Shown: positions 30,701-44,299 of the stretch, one piece after another
How the letters are laid out: every line of letters starts with the position of its first letter
Position numbering within the stretch: position 1 is the first letter of the stretch
Assembly (NCBI RefSeq): GCF_009914755.1
Contig: NC_060937.1
DNA: 64,000 nucleotides
Reading direction: 5' to 3' (one strand)
DNA from: the human T2T-CHM13v2.0 reference genome, Homo sapiens
Made by a program: the position numbers and the translations under genes
The notes under the pieces: generated by a model
Told to the model about the DNA's origin: nothing
The model's database searches: none
The model's input: only the letters and a program-made list of their open reading frames with translations

Positions 30701-33700
30701 ATACTGTACATGAAATATCAAAGTTCACAAACTCTATATTATATACTGTACATAAAATATCAAAGTACCTAAGGTATATATTCAATACTGTACAAAAAAT
30801 ATCAAAGTACCCAAATCATGTATTATATACTGTACCTAAAATATGAAAATACATCAAATATATATTTTATTCTGTACATAAAATATCAAAGTACACCAGA
30901 TATATATTCTATAGTGTACATAAAATATCAAAGTACCCAAACTATACATTATATACTGTACATAAAATATGAAATTACATCAAATATATATTATATTAGG
31001 TACATAAAATATGAAAGTACATCAAATATAGATTATATACTGTACATTAAATACAAAGTACCCCAAATATATATTTTATACTGTACATGAAATATCAAAG
31101 TTCACAAACTATATATTATATGCTGTACATAAAATATCAAAGTACCCAAGGTATATATTCTATGCTGTAGAAAAAATATCAAAGTACCCAAAGCTTGTAT
31201 TATATACTGTACCTAAAATATGAAAGTACATCAAATATATATTTTATTCTGTACATAAAATATCAAAGTACACCAGATATATATTCTATAGTGTACATAA
31301 AATATCAAAGTACCCAAACTATACATTATATACTGTACATAAAATATGAAATTACATCAAATATATATTATATTAGGTACATAAAATATGAAAGTACATC
31401 AAATATAGATTATACACTTTACATAAAATATCAAAGTACCCCAAATATATATTATATACTCTACATGAAATATCAAAGTTCACAAACTATATATTATATA
31501 CTGTACATAAAATAAATTCCCCAAGGTATATATTCTATACTGTAGAAAAAATATCAAAGTACCCAAAGCATGTATTATATACTGTATATAAAATATGAAA
31601 GTACATCAAATATATATTTTATTCTGTACATAATATATCAAAGTACACCAGATATATATTCTATAGTGTACATAAAATAACAAAGTACAAAAACTATAAA
31701 TTATATACTGTACATAAAATATGAAATTACATCAAATATATATTAGGTACATAAAATATGAAAGTACATCAAATATAGATTATATACTGTACATAAAATT
31801 TCAATGTACCCCAAATATATATTTTATACTCTACATGAAATATCAAAGTTCACAAACCATATATTATATACTGTACATAAAATATCAAAGTACCCAAGGT
31901 ATATATTCTATACTATACCAAAAATATCAAAGTACCCAAAGCATGTATTATATACTGTACCTAAAATATGAAAGTACATCAAATATATATTTTATTCTGT
32001 ACATAAAATATCAAAGTACACCAGATATATATTCTACAGTGTACATAAAATATCAAAGTACCCAAACTATACATTATATACTGTACATAAAATACGAAAT
32101 TACATCAAATATATTTTATATTAGGTACATAAAATATGAAAGTACATCAAATATAGATTATATACTGTACATTAAATACCAAAGTACACCAAATATATAT
32201 TTTATACTGTACGTGAAATATCAAAGTTCACAAACTATATATTATATACTGTACATATAATATCAAAGTACCCAAGGTATATATTCTATACTGTACAAAA
32301 AATAACAAAGTACCAAAAGCATGTATAATATACTGTACATAAAATATGAAAGTACATCAAATATATATTTTATTCTGTACATAAAATATCAAAGTACACC
32401 AGATATATATTCTATAGTGTACATAAAATATCAAAGTACCGAAACTATACATTATATACTGTAAATAAAATATGAAATTACATCAAATATATTTTATATT
32501 AGGTACATAAGATATGAAAGTACATCAAATATAGATTATGTACTGTACATTAAATACCAAAGTACCCCAAATATATATTTTATACTGTATATGAAATATC
32601 AAAGTTCACAAACTATATATTATATACTGTACATAAATTATCAAAGTACCCAAGGTATATATTCTATACTGTACAAAAAATATCAAAGTACCCAAAGCAT
32701 GTATTATATACTGTACATAAAATATGAAAGTACATCAAATATATATTTTATTCTGTACATAATATATCAAAGTACACCAGATATATATTCTATAGTGTAC
32801 ATAAAATAACAAAGTACACAAACTATACATTATATACTGTACATAAAATATGAAATTACATCAAATATATATTAGGTACATAAAATATGAAAGTACATCA
32901 AATATAGATTATATACTGTATATAAAATATCAATGTACCCCAAATATATATTTTATACTATACATGAAATATCAAAGTTCACAAACCATATATTGTATAC
33001 TGTACATAAAATATCAAAGTACCCAAGGTATATGTTCTATACTGTACAAAAAATATCAAAGTACCCAAAGCATGTATTATATACTGTACATAAAATATGA
33101 AAGTACATCAAATATATATTTTATTCCGTACATAAAATATCAAAGTACACCAGATATATATTCTATAGTGTACATAAAATATCAAAGTACACAAACTATA
33201 CATTATATACTGTACATAAAATATGAAATTACATCAAATATATATTATATAAGGTACATAAAATATGAAAGTACATCAAATATAGATTATATACTGTACA
33301 TTAAATACCAAAGAACCCCAAATATACATTATATACTCTACATGAAATATCAAAGTTCACAAACTATATATTATATACTGTACATAAAATATCAAAGTAC
33401 CCAAGGTATATATTCTATACTGTACAAAAAATATCAAAGTGCCCAAAGCATGTATTATATACTGTATATAAAATATGAAAGTACATCAAATATATATTTT
33501 ATTCTGTACATAAAATATCAAAGTACACCAGATATATATTCTATAGTGTACATAAAATAACAAAGTACAAAAACTATAAATTATATACTGTACATAAAAT
33601 ATGAAATTACATCAAATATATATTAGGTACATAAAATATGAAAGTACATCAAATATAGATTATATACTGTACATAAAATATCAATGTACCCCAAATATAT

Positions 33701-34590
33701 ATTTTATACTCGACATGAAATATCAAAGTTCACAAACCATATAATATATACTGTACATAAAATATCAAAGTACCCAAGGTATATATTCTATACTGTACAA
33801 AAAATATCAAAGTACCCAAAGCATGTATTATATACTGTACATAAAATATGAAAGTACATCAAATATATATTTTATTCTGTACATAAAATATCAAAGTACA
33901 CCAGATATATATTCTATAGTGTACATAAAATATCAAAGTACCCAAACTATACATTATATACTGTACATAAAATATGAAATTACATCAAATATATATTATA
34001 TTAGGTACATAAAATATGAAAGTACATCAAATATAGATTATATACTGTACATTAAATACCAAAGTACCCCAAATATATATTTTATACTGTACATGAAATA
34101 TCAAAGTTCACAAACTATATATTATATACTGTACATATAATATCAAAGTACCCAAGGTATATATTCTATACTGTACAAAAAATATCAAAGTACCCAAAGC
34201 ATGTATTATATACAGTACATAAAATATGAAAGTACATCAAATATATATTTTATTCTGTACATAAAATATCAAAGTACACCAGATATATATTCTATAGTGT
34301 ACATAAAATAACAAAGTACACAAACTATAAATTACATACTGTACATAAAATATGAAATTACATCAAATATATATTAGGTACATAAAATATGAAAGTACAT
34401 CAAATATAGATTATATACTGTACATAAAATATCAATGTACCCCAAATATATATTTTATACTCTACATGAAATACCAAAGTTCACAAACCATATATTATAT
34501 ACTGTATATAAAATATCAAAGTACCCAAGGTATATATTCTATACTGTACAAAAAATATCAAAGTACCCAAAGCATGTATTATATACTGTA
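27100..34590 (+). repeat. Larger duplication with offset 4134 bp switching to 4512 bp (one extra 378-bp unit in the second copy)
   Basis: ORF pairs 28457/32591 and 28716/32850 are 4134 bp apart; 29311/33823 and 29840/34352 are 4512 bp apart. Shared variants are ctgtaaataaa, cataaattatc, actcgacatg and accatataat. Confidence 0.8.
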
Positions 34591-37500
34591 CATAAAATAT
34601 GAAAGTACATCAAATATATATTTTATTCTGTACATAAAATATCAAAGAACACCAGATATATATTCTATGGTGTACATAAAATATCAAAGTACCCAAACTA
34701 TACATTATATAATGTACATAAAATATGAAATTACATCAAATATATATTATACTAGGTACATAAAATATGAAAGCACATCAAATATAGATTATATACTGTA
34801 CATTAAATACCAAAGTACCCCAAATATATATTTTATACTGTACATCAAATATCAAAGTTCACAAACTATATATTATATACTGTACATAAAATATCAAAGT
34901 ACCCATGGTATATATTCTATACTGTACAAAAAATATCAAAGTACCCAAAGCATGTATTATATACTGTATATAAAATATGAAAGTACATCACATATGTATT
35001 TTATTCTGTACATAAAATATCAAAGTACACCAGATATATATTCTATAGTGTACATAAAATAACAAAGTACACAAACTATAAATTATATACTGTACATAAA
35101 ATATGAAATTACATCAAATATATATTAGGTACATAAAATATGAAAGTACATCAGATATAGATTATATACTGTACATAAAATATCAATGTACCCCAAATAT
35201 ATATTTTATACTCTACATGAAATATCAAAGTTCACAAACCATATATTATATACTGTACATAAAATATCAAAGTACCCAAGGTATATATTCTATACTGTAC
35301 AAAAAATATCAAAGTACCCAAAGCATATATTATATACTGTACATAAAATATGAAAGTACATCAAATATATATTTTATTCTGTACATAAAATATCAAAGTT
35401 CACCAGATATATATTCTATAGTGTACATAAAATATCAAAGTACCCAAACTATTTATTATATACTGTACATAAAATATGAAATTACATCAAATATATATTA
35501 TATTAGGTACATAATATATGAAAGTACATCAAATATAGATTATATACTGTACATGAAATACCAAAGTACCCCAAATATATGTTTTATACGGTACATGAAA
35601 TATCAAAGTTCACAAACTATATATTATATACTGTATATAAAATATCAAAGTATCCAAGGTATATATTCTATACTGTACAAAAAATATCAAAGTACACAAA
35701 GCATGTATTATATACTGTACATAAAATATGAAAGTACATCAAAAACATATTTTATTCTGTACATAAAATATCAAAGTACACCAGATATATATTCTATAGT
35801 GTACATAAAATATCAAAGTACCCAAACTATACATTATATACTGTACATAAAATATGAGATTACATCAAATTTATATTAGGTACATAAAATATGAAAGTAC
35901 ATCAAATATAGATTATATACTGTACATAAAATATCAAAGTACCCCAAATATATATTATATACTCTACATGAAATATCAAAGTTCACAAACTATATATTAT
36001 ATACTGTACATAAAATATCCAAGTACCCAAGGTATATATTCTATACTGTACAAAAAATATCAACGTACCCAAAGCATGTATTATATACTCTATATAAAAT
36101 ATGAAAGTACATCACATATATATTTTATTCTGTACATAAAATATCAAAGTACACCAGATATATATTCTATAGTGTACATAAAATAACAAAGTACAAAAAC
36201 TATAAATTATATGCTGTACATAAAATATGAAATTACATCAAATATATATTAGGTACATAAAATATGAAAGTACATTAAATATAGATTGTATACTGTACAT
36301 AAAATATCAATGTACCCCAAATATATATTTTATACTCTACATGAAATATCAAAGTTCACAAACCATATATTATATACTGTACATAAAATATCAAAGTAAC
36401 CAAGGTATATATTTTATACTGTACAAAAAATATCAAAGTACCCAAAGCATGTATTATATACTGTACATAAAATATGAAAGTACATCAAATATATATTTTA
36501 TTCTGTACATAAAATATCAAAGTACACCTGATATATATTCTATAGTGTACCTAAAATATCAAAGTACCCAAAATATACATTATATACTGTACATAAAATA
36601 TGAAATTACATCAAATATATATTATATTAGGTACATAAAATATGAAAGCACATCAAATATGGATTACATACTGTACATTAAATACCAAAGTACCCCAAAT
36701 ATATATTTTATACTGTACATCAAATATCAAAGTTCACAAACTATATATTATATACTGTACATAAAATATCAAAGTACCCATGGCATATATTCTATACTGT
36801 ACAAAAAATATCAAAGTACCCAAAGCATGTATTATATACTGTATATAAAATATGAAAGTACATCACATATATATTTTATTCTGTACATAAAATATCAAAG
36901 TACACCAGATATATATTCAATAGTGTACATAAAATAACAAAGTTCAAAAACTATAAATTATATGCTGTACATAAAATATGAAATTACATCAAATATATAT
37001 TAGGTACATAAAATATGAAAGTACATCAAATATAGATTATATACTGTACATAAAATATCAATGTACCCCAAATATATATTTTATACTCTACATGAAATAT
37101 GAAAGTTCACAAACCATATATTATATACTGTACATTAAATATCAAAGTACCCAAGGTATATATTCTATACTGTACAAAAAATATCAAAGTACCCAAAGCA
37201 TGTATTATATACTGTACATAAAATATGAAACTACATCAAATATATATTTTATTCTGTACATAAAATATCAAAGTACACCAGATATATATTCTATAGTGTA
37301 CATAAAATATCAACGTACCCAAACTATACATTATATACTGTACATAAAATATGAAATTACATCAAATATATATTATATTAGGTACATAAAATATGAAAGC
37401 ACATCATATATAGATTATATACTGTACTTTAAATACCAAAGTACCCCAAATATATATTTTATACTGTACATCAAATATCAAAGTTCACAAACCATATATT

Positions 37501-38359
37501 ATATACTGTACATAAAATATAAAAGTACCCATGGTATATATTCTATACTGTACAAAAAATATCAAAGTAACCAAAGCATGTATTATATACTGTACATAAA
37601 ATATGAAAGTACATCAAATATATATTTTATTCTGTACATAAAATATCAAAGTACACCAGATAAATATTCTATAGTGTACATAAAATATAAAAGTACCCAA
37701 ACTATACATTATATACTGTACATAAAATATGACATTACATCAAAGATATATTATAATAGGTACATAAAATATGAAAGTACATCAAATATAGATTATATAC
37801 TGTACATAAAATATCAAAGTACCCCAAATATATATTATATACTCTACATGAAATATCAAAGTTCACAAACTATATATTATATACTGTACATAAAATATCA
37901 AAGTACCCAAGGTATGTATTCTATACTATACAAAAAATATCAAAGTATCCAAAGCATGTATTATATACTGTATATAAAATATGAAAGTACATTAAATATA
38001 TATTTTATTCTGTACATAAAATATCAAAGTACACCAGATATATATTCTATAGTGTACATAAAATAACAAAGTACACAAACTATAAATTATATACTGTACA
38101 TAAAATATGAAATTACATCAAATATATATTAGGTACATAAAATATGAAAGTACATCAAATATAGATTATATACTGTGCATATAATATCAATGTACCCCAA
38201 ATATATATTTTATACTCTACATGAAATATCAAATTTCACAAACCATACTTTATATACTGTACATAAAATATCAAAGTACCCAAGGTATATATTCTATACT
38301 GTACAAAAAATATCAAAGTACCCAAAGCATGTATTATATACTGTACATAAAATATGAAA

Positions 38360-41300
38360 GTACATGAAATATATATTTTCTTCTGTACAAAAAATATCAA
38401 AGTACACCAAATATATATTCTATACTGTACATAAAATATCAAATTACCCAAACTATACATTACATACTGTATATAAAATATGAAATTACATCAACTATAT
38501 ATTATATTAGGTACATAAAATATGAAAGTACATCAAATATAGATTATATACTGTACATAAAACATCAAAGTACCCCAAATATATATTATATACTGTACAT
38601 GAAATATCAAAGTTCACAAACTATATATTATATACTGTACATAAAATATGAATGTACCCAAGGTATATATTCTATACTGTACAAAAAATATCAAAGTACC
38701 CAAACCATGTATTATATACTGTACATAAAATATGAAAGTACATAAAATATATATTTTATTCTGTACAAAAAATATCAAAGTACACCAAATATATATTCTA
38801 TAGTGTACTTAAAATATCAAAGTACCCAAACTATACATTATATACTGTACATAAAATATGAAATTACATCAAATATATATTATATTAGGTACATAAAATA
38901 TGAAAGTACATCAAATATAGATTATATACTGTACATAAAATACCAAAGTACCCCAAATATGTATTTTATACTGTAGATGAAATATCAAAGTTCAGAAACT
39001 ATATATTATATAATGCACATAAAATATCAAAGTACCCAAGGTATATATTCTATACTCTACAAAAAATATCAAAGTAGCCAAAGCATGTATTATATACTGT
39101 ACATAAAATATGAAATTACCCAAACCATGTATTATATACTGTACATAAAATAGGAAAGTCCATAAAATGTATATTTTATTCTGTACAAAAAATATCAAAG
39201 TACACCAAATATATATTCTATAGTGTACATAAAATAGCAAAGTACCCAAACTATACATTATATACAGTACATAAAATACGAAATTACATCAAATTTATAT
39301 TAGTTACATAAAATATGAAAGTACATCAAATATAGATTATATACTGTACATAAAATACCAAGTACCCCAAATATGTATTTTATACTGTACATCAAATATG
39401 AAAGTTCACAAACTATATATTATATACTGCACATAAAATATCAAAGTACCCAAGGTATATATTATATACTGTACAAAAAATATCAAAGTACCCAAAGCAT
39501 GTATTATATACTGTACATAAAATATGAAAGTACATCAAATATATATTTTATTCTGTACATAAAATATCAAAGTACACCAAATATATATTCTATAGTTTAC
39601 ATAAAATATCAAAGTATCCAAACTATACATTATACACTGTACATAAAATATGAAATTACATCAAATATATATTATATTAGGTACAGAAAATATGAAAGTA
39701 CATCAAATATAGATTATATACTGTACATAAAATACCAAAGTACCCCAAATATATATTTTATACTGTACATGAAATATCAAAGTTCACAAACTATATATTA
39801 TATACTGCACATAAAATATCAAAGTACCCAAGGTATATATTCTATACTGTACAAAAAATATCAAAGTACCCAAAGCATGTATTATATACTGTCCATAAAA
39901 TATGAAAGTGCATCAAATATATATTTTATTCTGTACATAAAATATCAAAGTAAACCAAATATATATTCTATAGTGTACATAAAATATCAAAGTACCCAAA
40001 CTATACATTATATACTGTACATAAAATATGAAATTACATCAAATATATATTATATTAGGTAGATAAATTATGAAAGAACATCAAATATAGATTATAAACT
40101 GTACATAAAATACCAAAGTACCCCAAATATATATTTTATACTGTACATGAAATATCAAAGTTCACAAACTATATATTATATACTGTACATAAAATATCAA
40201 AGTACTCAAGGTATACATTCTATACTGTACAAAAAATATCAAAGTACCCAAAGCATGTATTATATACTGTACATAAAATATGAAAGTACTTGAAATATAT
40301 GTTTTATTCTGTACAAATAATATCAAAGTACACCAAATATATATTCTATACTGAACATAAAATATCAAAGTACCCAAACTATACATTATATACTGTACAT
40401 AAAATATGAATTTACATCAAATATATATTATATTAGGTACATAAAATATGAAAGTACATCAAATGTAGATTATATACTGTACATAAAATACCAAAGTACC
40501 CCAAATATATATTTTATACTGTACATGAAATATCAAAGTTCACAAACTATATATTATATACTGTACAAAAAAGTCAAAGTACCCAAAGCATGTATTATAT
40601 ACTGTACATAAAATATGAAAGTACGTGAAATATATATTTTATTCTGTACAAAAAATATCAAAGTACACCAAATATATATTCTATACTGTACATAAAATAT
40701 CAAAGTACCCAAACTATACATTACATACTGTATATAAAATATAAAATTACATCAAATATATATTATATTAGGTACATAAAATATGAAAGTACATCAAATA
40801 TAGATTATATACTGTACATAAAATGTCAAAGTACCCCAAATATATATTATATACTGTACATGAAATATCAAAGTTGACAAACTATATATTATATACTGTA
40901 CATAAAATATGAATGTACCCAAGGTATATATTCTATACTGTACAAAAAATATGAAAGTACCCAAACCATGTATTATATACTGTACATAAAATAGGAAAGT
41001 ACAAAAAATGTATATTTTATTCTGTACAAAAAATACAAAGTACACCAAATATATATTCTATACTGTACATAAAATATCAAAGTACCCAAACTATACATTA
41101 TGTACTTTACATAAAATCTGAAATTACATCAAATATATATTATATTAGGTACATAAAATATGAAAGTACATCAAATATAGATTATATACTGTACCTAAAA
41201 TACCAAAGTACCCCAAATATATATTATATACTCTACATGAAATATCAACTTTCACAAACTATATATTATATACTGTACATAAAATATCAATGTACCCAAG

Positions 41301-41880
41301 GTGTATATTCTTTACTGTACAAAAAGTATCAAAGTACCCAAAGCATGTATTATATGCTGTACATAAAATATGAAAGTACATCATATATATATTTTATTCT
41401 GTACATAAAATATCAAAGTACACCAAACATATATTCTATAGTGTACATAAAATATCAAAGTACCCAAACTATACATTATATACTGTACATAAAATATGAA
41501 ATTACATCAAATATATATTATATTAGGTACATAAAATATGAAAGTACATCAAATATAGATTATATACTGTACATAAAATACCAAAGTACCCCAAATATAT
41601 ATTTTATAGTGTACATGAAATATCAAAGTTCACAAACTATATATTATATACTGTACATAAAATATCAAAGTACTCAAGGTATATATTCTATACTGTACAA
41701 AAAATATCAAAGTACCCAAAGCATGTATTATATACTGTACATAAAATATGAAAGTACATGAAATATATATTTTATTCTGTACAAAAAATATCAAAGTACA
41801 CCAAATATATATTCTATACTGTACATAAAATATCAAAGTACCCAAACTATACATTACATACTGTATATAGAATATAAAAT
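38360..41880 (+). repeat. Diverged HSat1A sub-array (10 consecutive units of a distinct variant class)
   Basis: M1 reads ccaaa instead of ccaga in ten consecutive units (about 38407, 38785, 39205, 39577, 39955, 40333, 40668, 41045, 41423, 41801). Also frequent ctgtacaaaaaat at the start of M1, ctatactg at its end, and aggaaagt and tatgaatgtaccc variants. Confidence 0.88.
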
Positions 41881-44299
41881 TACATCAAATATATATTATA
41901 TTAGGTACATAAAATATGAAAGTACATCAAATATAGATTATATACTGTACATAAAATATCAATGTACCCCAAATATATATTTTATACTCTACATGAAATA
42001 TCAAAGCTCACAAACCATATATTGTATACTGTACATAAAATATCAAAGTACCCAAGGTATGTATTCTATACTGTACAAAAAATATCAAAGTACCCAAAGC
42101 ATGTATTATATACTGTACATAAAATATGAAAGTACATCAAATATATATTTTATTCTGTACATAAAATATCAAAGTACACCAGATATATATTCTATAGTGT
42201 ACATAAAATAACAAAGTTCAAAAACTATAAATTATATGCTGTACATAAAATATGAAATTACATCAAATATATATTATGTACATAAAATATGAAAGTACAT
42301 CAAATATAAATTATACACTGTACATAAAATATCAATGTACCCCAAATATATATTTTATACTCTACATGAAATATGAAAGTTCACAAACCATATATTATAT
42401 ACTGTACATAAAATATCAAAGTACCCATGGTATATATTCTATACTGTACAAAAAATATCAAAGTACCCAAAGCATGTATTATATACTGTACATAAAATAT
42501 GAAACTACATCAAATATATACTTTATTCTGTACATAAAATATCAAAGTACACCAGATATATATTCTATAGTGTACATAAAATATCAACGTACCCAAACTA
42601 TACATTATATACTGTACATAAAATATGAAATTACATCAAATATATATTATATTAGTTACAGAAAATATGAAAGCACATCAAATATAGATTATATACTGTA
42701 ATTTAAATACCAAAGTACCCCAAATATATATTTTATACTGTACATCAAATATCATAGTTCACAAGCTATATATTATATACTGTACATAAAATATCAAAGT
42801 ACCCATGGTATATATTCTATACTGTACAAAAAATATCAAAGTACCCAAAGCATGTATTATATACTGTACATAAAATATGAAAGTACATCAAATATATATT
42901 TTATTCTGTACATAAAATATCAAAGTACACCAGATATATATTCTATAGTGTACATAAAATATAAAAGTACCCAAACTATACATTATATACTGTACATAAA
43001 ATATGAAATTACATCAAAGATATATTATATTAGGAACATAAAATATGAAAGTACATCAAATATAGATTATATACTGTACATAAAATATCAAAGTACCCCA
43101 AATATATAGTATATACTCTACATGAAATATCAAAGTTCACAAACTATATATTATATACTGTACATAAAATATCAAAGTACCCAAGGTATGTATTCTATAC
43201 TGTCCAAAAAATATCAAAGTATCCAAAGCATGTATTATATACTGTATATAAAATATGAAAGTACATTAAATATATATTTTATTCTGTACATAAAATATCA
43301 AAGTACACCAGATATATATTCTATAGTGTACATAAAATAACAAAGTACACAAACTATAAACTATATACTGTACATAAAATATGAAATTACATCAAATATA
43401 TATTAGGTACATAAAATATGAAAGTACATCAAATATAGATTATATACTGTAAATATAATATCAATGTACCCCAAATATATATTTTATACTCTACATGAAA
43501 TATCAAAGTTCACAAACCATACATTATATACTGTACATAATATATAAATGTACCCAAGGTATATATTCTATACTGTACAAAAAATATCAAAGTACCCAAA
43601 GCATGTATTTTATACTGTACATAAAATATGAAAGTACATCAAATATATATTTTATTCTCTACATAAAATATCAAAGTACACCAGATATATATTCTATAGT
43701 GTACATAAAATATCAAAGTACCCAAACTATACATTATATACTGTACATAAAATATGAAATTACATCAAATATATATTAGGTACATAAAATATGAAAGTAC
43801 ATCAAATATAGATTATATACTGTACATAAAATATCAAATTACCCCAAATATATATTTTATACTCTACATGAAATATCAAAGTTCACAAACCATATATTGT
43901 ATACTGTACATAAAATATCAAAGTACCCAAGGTATGTATTCTATACTGTACAAAAAATATCAAAGTACCCAAAGCATGTATTATATACTGTACATAAAAT
44001 ATGAAAGTACATCAAATATATATTTTATTCTGTACATAAAATATCAAGGTACACCAGATATATATTCTATAGTGTACATAAAATAGCAAAGTACACAAAC
44101 TATAAATTTTATACTGTACATAAAATATGAAATTACATCAAATATATATTAGGTACATAAAATATGAAAGTACATCAAATATAGATTATATACTGTACAT
44201 ATAATATCAATGTACCCCAAATATATATTTTATACTCTACATGAAATATCAAAGTTCACAAACCATACATTATATACTGTACATAAAAAATCAAAGTAC

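Noticed and set aside
31191-31196. Rare HindIII site (AAGCTT) near local tatgctg variants
   Set aside because: It is a single point variant of aagcat, useful only as a mapping landmark.
38236-41854. Cluster of minus-strand hydrophobic ORFs (also 57811, 60697, 62993)
   Set aside because: They arise where substitutions in catcaaat remove a minus-strand TGA. They are a side effect of the variant classes, not membrane peptides.
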